Source: a virus | Direction: 5' to 3' (one strand) | Length of the DNA stretch: 64,000 nucleotides | Virus record (IMG/VR): IMGVR_UViG_3300024999_000042 | Shown: piece after piece, positions 10,435 to 21,284 of the stretch | How positions within the stretch are numbered: the first letter of the stretch is position 1 | Layout of the letters: every line of letters starts with the position of its first letter | The notes under the pieces: generated by a model | What the model was told of the DNA's origin: nothing | Databases searched by the model: none | The model's input: the letters and a program-made list of their open reading frames with translations, nothing else | Position numbers and translations under genes: made by a program

Positions 10435-11802
10435 TTAATAACGAATTACATAATTAATTGTGCAGTAAGGTTGTAAATTTTGATGCGCTAAACCTCCACC
10501 TGCATTAGAAGTTCCCCATGTCCCACTACCTGGATCTAATCTCCAATCGTTTGTAAATATATCACTAGTGTCTGTATTTGTATTATTCCATGCTTGGAAT
10601 GTATGATTATGGGAAGGCATTTCTGGCGTAGTAAGAATATGTGTCTTCTCACCGCCACTTTTTCCAAGCGTATCAAATTCTGACTGAGAATTGTCTAATC
10701 CGACTGGAACCCTGCCTTTTAGATTTGGGAGATTAAAAGTCGTTGAACCATTACCTGCTCCATAACCTATTCCAATTACATTGAATAATGCTGAATATGT
10801 AGTTCTAGATATTGCAGAACCATCACAAATTAAATATCCACTAGGAGCTACAGAACCAGCAAACATTTGAACTGAACCTATTACAACTCCATTGGAAGCA
10901 GACGCAGGTGCAAATAATGTTTGAAATGCTGAATCAATTTGTACTGGCACATCTTGACTCTTTTGCACAATTATTTTACCAACAAGCATTGCATTTGTTG
11001 AAACTACTTGTGGAATTTCAGGTGGTTGACAAGCTTTTGCTTGATCTAAACTAGCATCAAATTCACAAAGAAATAAATGTATTCGAGCAGAATCTATATC
11101 TGAACGACACATACAACGATATACCCATACTACCGCATATTTACCATCTGTAAGAGTTGTAAGTATACCAGTTTTAGGATCATATTGAGTATTAGGGAAT
11201 TGAGTTACAACGCTACGTGAAAACGAACCATCGCCATTATTTACCCAAAGAAGCATTGCATCAACACTTGAATCTACTGCTGGAAGATTATTACTATATG
11301 AACCTTCCCACGCTTTGCCAGAAGTTACTACAATATTTCTAGTTCCAGACACACCTAAAGTGATTCCTGATGCTCTTTCAAATCTTCTTGTTTCAATTAA
11401 TCTTCTATGTACCTTATTTGACAGTCCAAGTCCTGGTTCATCCCAATCAATTACTGAAATACCATCACCTATACGAGCAATTGTATATACAGGAGTATTA
11501 TTTGACCAATTAATGTCTAATAAATCAAATGTAATAACATATTGCGGATTACCATTATTATATTGAACAATAAGATAATTAGTAATCATATCCGTAATTT
11601 CCAATGTTGTTTCTGGAATAATATACTCTATTATTGAACCAGTATAATCAATTGTACTATATAATCTAAAAGTTCCTTCACCTACTGTAATTGTTCCTAA
11701 ACCTGCATTATAAGCTATTGTTGGTTTTATTACTGTTCCTGAATTTGTTTTTATTTTTGAACCTGACAATGCATTAATGCTTATATTTTTCTCTATTGGC
11801 AT
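10435..11802 (-). CDS. Tail fibre / tail-collar domain protein
   Basis: GSVQMFAGSVAPSGYLICDGSAISRTTYSALFNVIG...TTFNLPNLKGRVPVG...GGEKTHILT..EMPSHNH...HQNLQPY. Confidence 0.88.
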   Translation of the reverse strand: MPIEKNISINALSGSKIKTNSGTVIKPTIAYNAGLGTITVGEGTFRLYSTIDYTGSIIEYIIPETTLEITDMITNYLIVQYNNGNPQYVITFDLLDINWSNNTPVYTIARIGDGISVIDWDEPGLGLSNKVHRRLIETRRFERASGITLGVSGTRNIVVTSGKAWEGSYSNNLPAVDSSVDAMLLWVNNGDGSFSRSVVTQFPNTQYDPKTGILTTLTDGKYAVVWVYRCMCRSDIDSARIHLFLCEFDASLDQAKACQPPEIPQVVSTNAMLVGKIIVQKSQDVPVQIDSAFQTLFAPASASNGVVIGSVQMFAGSVAPSGYLICDGSAISRTTYSALFNVIGIGYGAGNGSTTFNLPNLKGRVPVGLDNSQSEFDTLGKSGGEKTHILTTPEMPSHNHTFQAWNNTNTDTSDIFTNDWRLDPGSGTWGTSNAGGGLAHQNLQPYCTINYVIRY

Positions 11803-11825
11803 TTATTAATCACCTCACTTTCTTT

Positions 11826-12143
11826 TTAAAAATATTGTCCTGACCATCGTAATTTTGTTCCTAAAGCATTCATTACTTGAATTAATGATACACTCTCAAA
11901 ATTATATTCTCTTGATTCATTTGCTGGAATATATAGGATATATCCTCCAATATTAATATATAGATTTGTATTTTCTGCTTCTATAAATAATGAATTTAAA
12001 TTTGATTTGTTTCCATTGGAGTCAGTGAAATTTATTAGTTCATTGTTAGATGTTAATACATACCAAGGATCATAGTTTGCATCTCCTATTTTATTTAGTG
12101 GGAGGCTACTTATGAAACCACTGTGTAATAATTGCCCTATCAT
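11826..12143 (-). CDS. Hypothetical virion-associated protein
   Basis: ORF with SD; YomS-like position. Confidence 0.65.
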   Translation of the reverse strand: MIGQLLHSGFISSLPLNKIGDANYDPWYVLTSNNELINFTDSNGNKSNLNSLFIEAENTNLYINIGGYILYIPANESREYNFESVSLIQVMNALGTKLRWSGQYF

Positions 12144-12348
12144 TGATTTATCATTCCTTTCTTTATTTGGATTTTGTTAGTTGGTATTTTTGGGATTAAT
12201 TTTTAGTTTTAGAAATAGTAAAAAAATAAGGAAAGAAAGACAATTTGGTTTTGTCTGTCTTTCCTCTTATTTTGATGTGGTTTGTGTTTGAATTGATAAA
12301 CAATTATAGGATTGTACATTTCTTATAATTGTTTAGATGCTGTATTTA

Positions 12349-13619
12349 TTATATATTCTCTTTCTTAATTTTTCTCAATTTACCAAAATCATAACCTTTT
12401 TCATATTGACTACAAATTACTTTATTGTTATCGATATCAAACTTTATCCAAGAATGACCTGAATTTAAATATTCTTTGGCATGAATAATCATTTCTAGAA
12501 TTATATTATCAGAAGGTATTTTATCTTTAATGCAAATAATTCTAATCATTTTCCAACCAAGACTTTTTAGGAATAAATATCTTTTTATTTCCTTACTATC
12601 AAATTGAACTTGTGATATTTGATTTAATTTCACATTTAAATCATGTCCTCCACCGTCATATTCAATATAAATATCATCTTCTACTTTTATATCTAACGTT
12701 ATATGACTTACAGGATAATTTAAATCACCATTTATAAGTTTATTTATGTATAGTTGCTGTGAACTACATGCTATTTGACCAGTTAAATACATTGTTTTAT
12801 TTCGTTTTATAAATGCCTTAGTTTGTATCTCTTTATTTTGCATATGATGTTCAACACCATAGTTTTCTAAACTTGTTTGTATTTTCTTATCTTTAACTTC
12901 TTGTATTTGAGATATATTATTCACACCATATCTTTCAATGATTGTTTTTAATAATTTATCTTTAACCAGTTCATTGTTCATTGGACTTGCTGAACCATAC
13001 CTCGCTATATTTGTATCAGAAGTTTTTTGTTTTATTTCTGGATTCTGCGATGCATATTTAAACCCATATCTTTTTAAGTTTGTTCTTTTAACCTTATCTT
13101 TAGTTTCCTGTATATGAAACGGACTTGTTACTCCATATCTCTCTAAGAGAACTTCTTCTTTTTTAATTTTACTTCAGGACTTGAATTATGAGATTCAAAA
13201 CCATATTTTATTAAATTTGTTGCTTTACAACTATCTTTAACCTCTTGGGACTGTGACGCACTTTCGTACCCATATTTAACTAAGGAAGTTGCTTTCCGTT
13301 TAATCTGTTTATTATCATTAAATTCTTTATTAGCATATAAAATATTCCATACTTCTATATTTTTAATGCTTTTACATTCTTTACAGCAGTCTTTATCCAC
13401 ATTTTCTTTGCCTTTTAAGGTATCCCTATACTCTTTACTTGTAATATTTATTTTACAATAATCACAAAGCACATCTACTATGACATGACTTCCAAGTGTT
13501 AAATCTTTGACATTGACCATTAATTTAGATTTCATTTTTGTGAATGCATACCCCTTTAAAATGTACCAATCTTTATTCCAATTTGACCATTTTGTCTCTA
13601 CTTCTTTATCTATTAACAT
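12349..13619 (-). pseudogene. Homing endonuclease with KxTNLxKYG repeats and a C-terminal PD-(D/E)xK/Vsr-like domain; two frames joined by a -1 shift at about 13160
   Basis: MLIDKEV start with AAGGAG SD; repeats TSLVKYG/TNLIKYG/TNLKRYG/TIIERYG span both ORFs; IYIEYDGGGH...GWKMIRI. Confidence 0.75.
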
Positions 13620-13740
13620 TTTTAAATTCTCCTTCCGATATTGAGAAAAGACAATGGGGAAGACACCCTGTATCGGCAAGGTGTCTTTATTACTCTTATA
13701 AATCTGGCCTGATTTGTAAGAAACCATATGTAATTATTTA

Positions 13741-14013
13741 TTACTTTTTGTAAGAAAAGTTATTGTATTGAACTTTACTGTTTTTGTCATCACTATTTTT
13801 AATTTCTTTATCTGGTACAATACTTTTTTCTTCAATATATATTTTGTCTTTAACTTCTAAATCTTTCCACTCGAATCCAACAGGTGTGAAAAACACCTTT
13901 ATAAGTTCCATTGTATAAATATTCTTTAAAAATTCTAAATCATAATTGTCATTAACCTTTATACGTTTATCTTTAGGAACTGCAGGATGAGCATATTTTA
14001 ATATATAGTTCAT
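13741..14013 (-). CDS. Hypothetical phage protein
   Basis: ORF in late operon. Confidence 0.65.
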   Translation of the reverse strand: MNYILKYAHPAVPKDKRIKVNDNYDLEFLKNIYTMELIKVFFTPVGFEWKDLEVKDKIYIEEKSIVPDKEIKNSDDKNSKVQYNNFSYKK

Positions 14014-14037
14014 TTATTTCACCAACAATCTATAAAA

Positions 14038-14826
14038 TTATACAGGCAAAGTTTCATCTGTAACCAATTTGTAGAATTGATTTTCACCATATTCATTAAG
14101 GAAACCAAATACTTCACACTCAAATGGAATAGCATTAGCATCCCCTGATTTTGTTGAAAGCTCAAATGATGGGTCGGATTTTGCCTTCTCAATAACAATA
14201 ATTTTTATAGCTTTATTTCCAGCTTTATCTTCCACTTTAGTTTTTGCTGTAATTCTAACCAATGCAGGAAGTTTACCAGTTGAAATATATAACCCTGTTG
14301 CGTCTGCATCAGTAGTATAATCACAAAGTATAAATACTTTTTTACCTTTTTTGGCGACATTAAAAGTTATTTCTGCCCCAACCACTGAATATTGTTCTAC
14401 CTCAGTAACAGGAGTTCCTGCTTCAATTTCTGTACCTACATTTTCATCCTCATCGATATTATAAATTTTCATTGTTCCACTCTTTGGCACGACCAAACTT
14501 GTTACTTTCCCACTTGTCGCATCCACTTCATAAACATAATCAAAACTACTTGTTTGTACACCAGTTCTTTTTACTGCACCAGTCTTGGCAATCATGACAT
14601 TATCATCAATGAGAGGTAGAGTTGCTGAAAAAGTAGCTGTAGGAGTGTGATAGATGGTTGCTTGTACTTCGTTATCAGCTCCTCCTCGAACTTCTAATTT
14701 TTCATATTTGTCACTTACTTTTGCATCTTGAGCATAATTAACTCTAAACAATAAATCCTTAGTTGCATAATCTTGAACGGTGAAGTCAAGTACCTTCGCC
14801 CAGACCTGTCTTTGTCCAATACTCAT
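14038..14826 (-). CDS. Probable major tail (tube) protein
   Basis: Beta-rich 262 aa, EVRGG motif, C-terminal FELSTKSGD..IPFECEV; YomU-like position. Confidence 0.65.
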   Translation of the reverse strand: MSIGQRQVWAKVLDFTVQDYATKDLLFRVNYAQDAKVSDKYEKLEVRGGADNEVQATIYHTPTATFSATLPLIDDNVMIAKTGAVKRTGVQTSSFDYVYEVDATSGKVTSLVVPKSGTMKIYNIDEDENVGTEIEAGTPVTEVEQYSVVGAEITFNVAKKGKKVFILCDYTTDADATGLYISTGKLPALVRITAKTKVEDKAGNKAIKIIVIEKAKSDPSFELSTKSGDANAIPFECEVFGFLNEYGENQFYKLVTDETLPV

Positions 14827-14860
14827 TATTATTCCCTTCTTTCTTCTTATAATTTATTTA

Positions 14861-15547
14861 TTACTTAATGTTTTGGAGATACGACTCCGTTTTTATATTA
14901 TCTGGATCTGCTCCAGCTAATAACATTTTGAGATTCCATCTGTATTGCTCTTTTAATTGTCCTCTTTGCAACTGTTCATAAAATTGATAAACGTTTAAAT
15001 CCCAAATATTTATTATATTTAATCCATTTCCATCAAAATTAGCAACACATGAAATTAAATCAGCAAATGTTAATTGTTCTGCGTTTTTATTTCCATCTTC
15101 TCTCATCTTTTTTTCAGCTTCCATTACTCTTCTATCAAATTCATCTAATGCTTCTGTATTTTCAACCTCAAGTTTATTAGCTAATTTAATGCTATTCACC
15201 AAAGAATCATAATTATTTCTGTCTAATATAATATCATCTTTCATAAATACTAAATCACTATCAATTAACTTTGCATCAAATTCTATCTTTGTAAAAAAGA
15301 ATAGCGAATATAAAAAAGTACCGAAAGATTCTTTGTTTTGATTAATGGCGAACATTAATGCATCATAATTATTTGTAATTCCTAAACCTTCTGCATCAAT
15401 CAAAATATCTTTTACAATAGTTCCACATGTTAAAATAATCCCATATTTCTCAAATCCTATTTCTGCAATTTCTCTTAGAAGTGGGGAGTAAACTGGTATC
15501 TTATCAACATATAAAGGTAAATTTGCTAATAGTCTTAATTTATTCAT
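14861..15547 (-). CDS. Tail assembly protein (YomV-like)
   Basis: VYSPLLREIAEIG...IWDLNVYQFYEQLQR...LLAGAD; synteny. Confidence 0.6.
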   Translation of the reverse strand: MNKLRLLANLPLYVDKIPVYSPLLREIAEIGFEKYGIILTCGTIVKDILIDAEGLGITNNYDALMFAINQNKESFGTFLYSLFFFTKIEFDAKLIDSDLVFMKDDIILDRNNYDSLVNSIKLANKLEVENTEALDEFDRRVMEAEKKMREDGNKNAEQLTFADLISCVANFDGNGLNIINIWDLNVYQFYEQLQRGQLKEQYRWNLKMLLAGADPDNIKTESYLQNIK

Positions 15548-15563
15548 ATTATCACATACCTAA

Positions 15564-16040
15564 TTATTGAAATTCTTGAAGTTTATAAGCTATATAAATT
15601 CCAGAATAATTTTCATTAACTAAAAATTCATCCATTTCATAAAACTCTAATTCATTAAATCCTAAATCCTCAGAAGAATTAAATACTTCATCTATGTAAT
15701 TTAAAAGCATATCATACCTTAAAGATCCATAATCTGTCTTCAGCAATGAATTATGCAGAATAATATAGAAATATACACTTCCGTATTTAAATGTCCTTCC
15801 ATTTGGTTTATAGTTAAACTTCATGGTGATAAAGGTATTTGGTTCTGTTTGTACTGTGGGAATATAACGCCAAGGATATATATTTTTATATATCAAAGAT
15901 GGGGCATTAAAATCATTAGGTAATGGAACATCTAAGAAATTCTGCTCATTACTCACAAGACATTTTACAATTTCTGGTTTACTAAGCAATTTCATTAAAA
16001 TTGTAAATTTGTTTGCACCAAGTTCACTAAACCTACTCAT
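15564..16040 (-). CDS. Tail terminator/neck protein (YomW-like)
   Basis: LIYKNIYPW...LRYDMLLNYIDEVFN; synteny. Confidence 0.55.
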   Translation of the reverse strand: MSRFSELGANKFTILMKLLSKPEIVKCLVSNEQNFLDVPLPNDFNAPSLIYKNIYPWRYIPTVQTEPNTFITMKFNYKPNGRTFKYGSVYFYIILHNSLLKTDYGSLRYDMLLNYIDEVFNSSEDLGFNELEFYEMDEFLVNENYSGIYIAYKLQEFQ

Positions 16041-16084
16041 TTCTCACCTTCTTTAATTACAATTTAAATTTACCTAATCACTTC

Positions 16085-17263
16085 CTAAAACAAACTCTTA
16101 ATCTGAATAACCATTCCATCTTGACTAACAATCTCTTCATCTACACTTTTACACCATAATTTTACACTTCCTAAATTATTGCCCTTAATTATACAAGTAT
16201 TATTAACTGCATTTTGTGATGTAATAGTTGCTAATGTAGTTGGTAAATTATCAATTCCTGTTAACCAGAAAGACGATTCTTTAACTATAGGCAAACCATT
16301 ATTTTTGAATATCGCTAAATATTCTTTAGAATAAGTTTTAATTATTGATGTACTACCGCTAATTTCAACAGTTTTATTCTCAATAGGCACTTCAACAATC
16401 TCAACATTAATTTCATCCATCACAGTTAAGTCATTTTCCATCTTACAACTAAATACAACATTTCCAACATCTAAAATTGTTACAACTCCTGTAATTGAAT
16501 TTATAATTGCTTTTGTAATATTATTACTGCTGAAAATTAAATTAGGAGTAGGAGAAACAATTACCCCATCAATTTTTACTTGTGCATTGATTGTTAATGG
16601 ATCATTTTCATTTACTTGAATAGAATCTCCATTTAAGATAGTAAGAGAATATGATGGAAATACTTGCTCAACTTCGCTATACACCATTTTTATCAATAAT
16701 AAACCATTTACAGTAATATCATCAATATTTACAACACTATAATTCCTCATTCCAATTCTAAACACGTAATTCATCTCAATTTGTCTAGTAATATCAGTAT
16801 CACTTATTTGTATTGCAATTTCTGAATCTAATGTTGATATTATTTTTTGTTCATCTAGACTGATTGAACCTTTTGAGATTATGCAGGGGATAGAGTGGAG
16901 GGTTGAGGTTGAGTCGTAGAATTGGAGGGTGTTGTTTGATTTAATCATACTTGCAGTTTTATATGCTTGTAAATTGTCAATATTACTTACTATAATCCAT
17001 TTGCTACCTTCCCATTCAACTATTGAACCAGTATTTACTACTGTTTCAATTGGCATATGAATTTTCTTATCATATTTACCTTCATTTAATGGGTTTAAAT
17101 GTGATTGAATGATGACTTGTGTTGCAATGGTATCAATTATTGCAGGAGAACCTTCTGCACTATAATATCTACGAATATCATAATTTTCTTTCACATCAGA
17201 TATTGTTTCTTCTTTAGAATAATAATTTAAACCATCATCTATCCATTTTTTTCTGACATCCAT
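16085..17263 (-). CDS. Head-closure/neck protein with Ig-like C-terminus (YomX-like)
   Basis: TGSIVEWEGSKWIIV; FSSNNITKAIINSITGVVTILDVG Ig repeat. Confidence 0.6.
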   Translation of the reverse strand: MDVRKKWIDDGLNYYSKEETISDVKENYDIRRYYSAEGSPAIIDTIATQVIIQSHLNPLNEGKYDKKIHMPIETVVNTGSIVEWEGSKWIIVSNIDNLQAYKTASMIKSNNTLQFYDSTSTLHSIPCIISKGSISLDEQKIISTLDSEIAIQISDTDITRQIEMNYVFRIGMRNYSVVNIDDITVNGLLLIKMVYSEVEQVFPSYSLTILNGDSIQVNENDPLTINAQVKIDGVIVSPTPNLIFSSNNITKAIINSITGVVTILDVGNVVFSCKMENDLTVMDEINVEIVEVPIENKTVEISGSTSIIKTYSKEYLAIFKNNGLPIVKESSFWLTGIDNLPTTLATITSQNAVNNTCIIKGNNLGSVKLWCKSVDEEIVSQDGMVIQIKSLF

Positions 17264-17282
17264 ATGATCACAACCTTATTAG

Positions 17283-17315
17283 GAATAGAGAGTTAATTAA
17301 TATAACTCTCTATTC
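17283..17315 (-). terminator. Hairpin (terminator or processing site)
   Basis: GAATAGAGAGTTA...TAACTCTCTATTC inverted repeat. Confidence 0.55.
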
Positions 17316-17360
17316 AAATTACATCATACTGTTTTTAATAAAATTAGAATTCTGCTAAAA

Positions 17361-17636
17361 TTAGAATTCTGCTTTTGCCAATCCTTCAATTCTTAAAGCA
17401 GATGTATCTGCAGCTGCTTTGTAGTACAATTTACCGAAAGGCACTGCAACATTTTCCCTTGCTTCTCCTGCTTTTAAAACCATTAAGTTTCCAGATGCAC
17501 TTGCACTTGCAATATCAAATGAAAGTGTCACAACAGAAGCACTATCATTTACAATAAGATTAATAAATGCCATGTTTAATTCAACATTTTGTTCTGCTTG
17601 ATTTGCCGTTAAAGACCGTCCAATAAAATTAGTCAT
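17361..17636 (-). CDS. Small beta-rich virion protein (possible decoration protein)
   Basis: Strong SD GAGGAGG; Ala/Val-rich; LKAGE motif. Confidence 0.65.
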   Translation of the reverse strand: MTNFIGRSLTANQAEQNVELNMAFINLIVNDSASVVTLSFDIASASASGNLMVLKAGEARENVAVPFGKLYYKAAADTSALRIEGLAKAEF

Positions 17637-17682
17637 TTTTTAATTCCTCCTCTTATTTTATATTTATATATTTAAGATTACA

Positions 17683-18018
17683 TTATACTCCAATTGCGAC
17701 CCATGCTACATTTGCAAATACATCTGCAGCAGCGATAGGTGTTACGTCATTAACAGCAGTTGGCTTCCATGATTTAATTCTTATTTTACCTGCGGTTGGA
17801 GCGTTAGTCTGATTCCCAACCGTACAAGTAGAACTCATATGTGTCATACTTGGATCTCCTACTAAAGATACTGTTGCCCCTAAAACCGTAGTTAAACCAG
17901 TAACAACATCTTCACTCGCTGCTCCTATAGTAGCTGTACCAAATGCAACTTTATATCCTGCTACTAATGCTGTTAAAATTAAATTCTCTTTTGTTGATTT
18001 AAAATTAAAGTCTTCCAT
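17683..18018 (-). CDS. Small virion protein (possible head fibre/decoration)
   Basis: Strong SD; Ala/Thr/Val-rich; ends VAWVAIGV. Confidence 0.65.
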   Translation of the reverse strand: MEDFNFKSTKENLILTALVAGYKVAFGTATIGAASEDVVTGLTTVLGATVSLVGDPSMTHMSSTCTVGNQTNAPTAGKIRIKSWKPTAVNDVTPIAAADVFANVAWVAIGV

Positions 18019-18048
18019 TGTATTGCCTCCTTTTCTAAATTACTGTGA

Positions 18049-18267
18049 TTACATAATTTCCTTCTCTAAATAAGGTATTCTCTTAATAAAATTTGAAATA
18101 TCAAGAATATTTCCCCTTAATTTAGGATAATCATGTAACGAAATACTAAACTCTTTCTCAATCATATACATTAGATGATTTATTTTTAAGTATTCTTTAT
18201 TACACAAATCCTCTAAACTCATTTCACATTGTGGAGTTTTTATAAGAATTTTACTATTTTTATTCAA
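18049..18267 (-). CDS. Hypothetical protein (YomY-like)
   Basis: LRGNILDISNFIKRIP; synteny. Confidence 0.6.
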   Translation of the reverse strand: MNKNSKILIKTPQCEMSLEDLCNKEYLKINHLMYMIEKEFSISLHDYPKLRGNILDISNFIKRIPYLEKEIM

Positions 18268-18279
18268 TTTCTCACCAAC

Positions 18280-18960
18280 TTAATTTAAATAAGAATAAAA
18301 TTCTTGTCTAAACACTTCAATTTGTTCATTTAAATCTTTTAACATTAATGAATATACTTTATATTCCTCAACTTTACTTGGTAGACGATTGAAATCTTTA
18401 GTTCCAATTGAACTTAATAATCTAGTTGATGGTTTTAATAAATACTCGAAATATGCTTTCTTCATATTTAATGAAATTAATTCAATTTCATCTACATCTA
18501 AATCATTGAGCATTATTCCATCAAATGTTTTACTTACAATTAGATTTAAATTCGTATTATCTGTATCAGTAAATGTTAACGTAATTATATCTGTGTCAAT
18601 TTTAGTAATTGTAAGCATAGGATTTTCAATATCATCTAGTTTCACTGTGTAATCAGGTTCTATTGCTGATTTTATTTTTGTAGCAATATTGGATTTTGTA
18701 TCAGTGTTTAATAATGCAATTGTATATGTATCAGAATTAATATTAAAAGTAATATCTCCACTATTTTCAACTAATCCGTAGATTATTAAAACTGCATTAT
18801 CAGAATATAAAGTATAACTCAAATGATGTGGTGTAGTTTTGTAACTATACCCTATGGCAGTTTCAAAAAACTCAAAAACTAAATCTTGTTTGTAAGTGAA
18901 ATCCATATCAGATGTTTTAATGAAAAATTTATCATATATTTTTTGAAGTAAAGTTCCCAA
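18280..18960 (-). CDS. Head-tail adaptor (YomZ-like) with an internal beta-rich segment
   Basis: MGTLLQKIYDKFF...DLDVDEIELIS...IGTKDFNRLP. Confidence 0.6.
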   Translation of the reverse strand: MGTLLQKIYDKFFIKTSDMDFTYKQDLVFEFFETAIGYSYKTTPHHLSYTLYSDNAVLIIYGLVENSGDITFNINSDTYTIALLNTDTKSNIATKIKSAIEPDYTVKLDDIENPMLTITKIDTDIITLTFTDTDNTNLNLIVSKTFDGIMLNDLDVDEIELISLNMKKAYFEYLLKPSTRLLSSIGTKDFNRLPSKVEEYKVYSLMLKDLNEQIEVFRQEFYSYLN

Positions 18961-18987
18961 ACTATATCACCACTTTTCTTAATTTTG

Positions 18988-19476
18988 TTATTCTTTATCA
19001 TCTGTTTTGTCAGTTTTAAATGAAAGACCTGTGTATTCTGTTAAATATTGAATCTTATCATAGTCATTTATCTTCATTTTTTTAGCATAACTAACGATTT
19101 TAGATTTTTCTTGATTTGTGATAATGTTTTCAGTTACATGCTTCTTAAAAGTATTAAATGTCTTATATTCAAATATTTCTTTACATTTTTCATCATTTAA
19201 AATTAGTTGAACTCGCTTTTCTTCTTTATTATCAAAACCAAGATGTTCTCTCATTTCTGCATTTTCAATATAAACACGGGCATGTGAACCAATAGCGTCT
19301 GTACCATTAATAAATAAATTATTATTTTGATTTTGTGTTTCAATTTCCATATTTGGAATATATACAGTTTGATTGGCTTTAATAAATTCATCACCTTCCA
19401 TACTATATCTTTCCCAAGAAACATTCCACTCACATAGATTTTTTACTTTTGAACGACTATTCATATCAATTGCCAT
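18988..19476 (-). CDS. Conserved phage protein (YonA-like)
   Basis: KVKNLCEW...GTDAIGSHARVYIEN; synteny. Confidence 0.65.
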   Translation of the reverse strand: MAIDMNSRSKVKNLCEWNVSWERYSMEGDEFIKANQTVYIPNMEIETQNQNNNLFINGTDAIGSHARVYIENAEMREHLGFDNKEEKRVQLILNDEKCKEIFEYKTFNTFKKHVTENIITNQEKSKIVSYAKKMKINDYDKIQYLTEYTGLSFKTDKTDDKE

Positions 19477-19536
19477 AATTGTTTATTCCCTCCATCTTAC
19501 CCTTTATTAATTATTTTGCATTGGTTAATTTTAAAA

Positions 19537-19565
19537 GAAGGACGATTTATCAATACCGTCCTTCT
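19537..19565 (-). terminator. Intrinsic terminator after capsid gene
   Basis: AGAAGGACG-N-CGTCCTTCT then TTT on minus strand. Confidence 0.75.
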
Positions 19566-19587
19566 CAAGTTTTAATTTTGTTTAAAA

Positions 19588-20703
19588 TTATTCTGCTAGT
19601 GCTGCATCGTAAATATATCCAACTGTTGGAACATATTCAGGAACTAAGTAATTTCCAAATTCCCAATCATATCTTGTGACTTCTGCCCTTAAATTTATAT
19701 CTGTAGCAGTCATAGAAGTCAATCCGCCACGCAAACAAATTTGAAGAGGAGAAATTTGACCTTGTGGCAAGAACCACAAATCAGTTGTAGGTAGTTGAGG
19801 AGCATAAAAATCTCCAGCAGTATTAAGATCAATCATACTATAAGAATTAGGAATTTCAACTACAATACTTCCTTTATATATTTTAATAATACCAGTCTTC
19901 ATTACTTCTTCCATTACATATTCAGGAAATCTAAATTCAGTACCTGCTGCGACCACACTGAAGTTAGCAAGGTCTCCAAGTTTATTTACTGTACTATAAT
20001 CACCCATCATTGTTACTGAAGAACCAAAACGTCTTGCTTTCTTTCTCACATCTTCTACATTTGTCTTTGTAATACCTTCGGCATAATTTTTTAAAGTAGT
20101 AGCTGCAGTAATACCAGCCCTTAAAGCGTTAATATGAGATAGTACCATTTGATTAGTCATATCTGTAAGAACTTGTTCATTTGCCATTGCAAAACCGTCT
20201 GTAGCACCCGATTGTAGTTCTCTATAATCAACTATTATACCTCCGGTAGAAGTCTGAGTAGTCATACTACCAGTTCTTTTTTTGACAGTAGGAAATACAA
20301 AAGCACCAGAGGAAGCTTGAATTCTTGACTTTTCTCCTTGCATTTGATAAACTTCGTAACGCATTTCTTCGTTATATCCTACTTTTGTAACAGTTCCCAT
20401 AGCATTATTGATTGCCAATCTCTTTTCTAAAGGTTGCTTAATAGTGATTGTGCGAATAGCATTTAATTCTGCTTTTGCTTGAGTATTGCCATCATTAGCC
20501 ATTCCTGCTAACGTTTTAATTTTATCCATTGTCGTATCAACTTTTTTACCATACTTAGATACATCTTTTCCATAAACAATATTTGTAAAAATCTCTACAT
20601 CTTCATTCGGATGAGTAGTTGCCATTTTATTCTTAACAATTTTATTAATCTCCACTTGTTCTGCATTCTCTTGTAATTTTGTAAAATCTATTCCAAAACT
20701 CAT
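19588..20703 (-). CDS. Major capsid protein (YonB-like)
   Basis: 371 aa, follows scaffold and YonC-like genes, followed by terminator; AKAELNAIR, QASSGAFVFP. Confidence 0.8.
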   Translation of the reverse strand: MSFGIDFTKLQENAEQVEINKIVKNKMATTHPNEDVEIFTNIVYGKDVSKYGKKVDTTMDKIKTLAGMANDGNTQAKAELNAIRTITIKQPLEKRLAINNAMGTVTKVGYNEEMRYEVYQMQGEKSRIQASSGAFVFPTVKKRTGSMTTQTSTGGIIVDYRELQSGATDGFAMANEQVLTDMTNQMVLSHINALRAGITAATTLKNYAEGITKTNVEDVRKKARRFGSSVTMMGDYSTVNKLGDLANFSVVAAGTEFRFPEYVMEEVMKTGIIKIYKGSIVVEIPNSYSMIDLNTAGDFYAPQLPTTDLWFLPQGQISPLQICLRGGLTSMTATDINLRAEVTRYDWEFGNYLVPEYVPTVGYIYDAALAE

Positions 20704-20765
20704 TGTTAATACCTCTTTTCTTTCTTATTATTTATTAATTTAACTAAATCTAAACTTCCTATAAC

Positions 20766-21284
20766 TTAGAGATCGTTTGCCATTACTTCTACAACATAAC
20801 CACCAGCAACAGTTCCACCACCTGCGTCAATTGTAAACGCACCAAAAGTAGTTTTTTTGATTACCTTAAGATAAATCGCATATGTAGAAGGATCTGCTGT
20901 TTTAGTCCATTTTTGAGTATTTGTAGCATCTGCTACAGAACGACCAATGACATAATTACCAACTGCAACATCAGCAAAAGCATCAGTAAACAAATCAGCA
21001 GACATATCAAATTGTAATCCTACACAATCTTTTAATCTAAATGCACGAATATACTCATCTGCAACAACTTTATAATCTTCAGTATTGAGAATCTCTGGTT
21101 TGTCAATGATATTAAACATTACATAAATGTCACCCAATTTTGCAGTAGCCAAATCTGGGACGATTACCTGCGTGTCAGATACAACATTAAATTGATAACC
21201 ATTGTATGTATCCGCAATTGCTTTTACATTAGGTTTGTTGGAAACGTTAAGAAAATTTGAATCATGAAACTTAAATAAACTCAT
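20766..21284 (-). CDS. Capsid-associated/decoration protein (YonC-like)
   Basis: NIIDKPEI...GEY-like DEYIRAFRL; synteny. Confidence 0.65.
   Translation of the reverse strand: MSLFKFHDSNFLNVSNKPNVKAIADTYNGYQFNVVSDTQVIVPDLATAKLGDIYVMFNIIDKPEILNTEDYKVVADEYIRAFRLKDCVGLQFDMSADLFTDAFADVAVGNYVIGRSVADATNTQKWTKTADPSTYAIYLKVIKKTTFGAFTIDAGGGTVAGGYVVEVMANDL

Noticed and set aside
1-14826. Absence of tape-measure, baseplate and lysis genes as a sign of a tailless or defective phage
   Set aside because: In the SPbeta gene order these lie downstream of the recombinase, so they are probably beyond the left edge of the window
17341-17373. 16-bp tandem duplication AAATTAGAATTCTGCT at a gene end
   Set aside because: Only two adjacent copies with nothing inserted; most simply a slippage duplication
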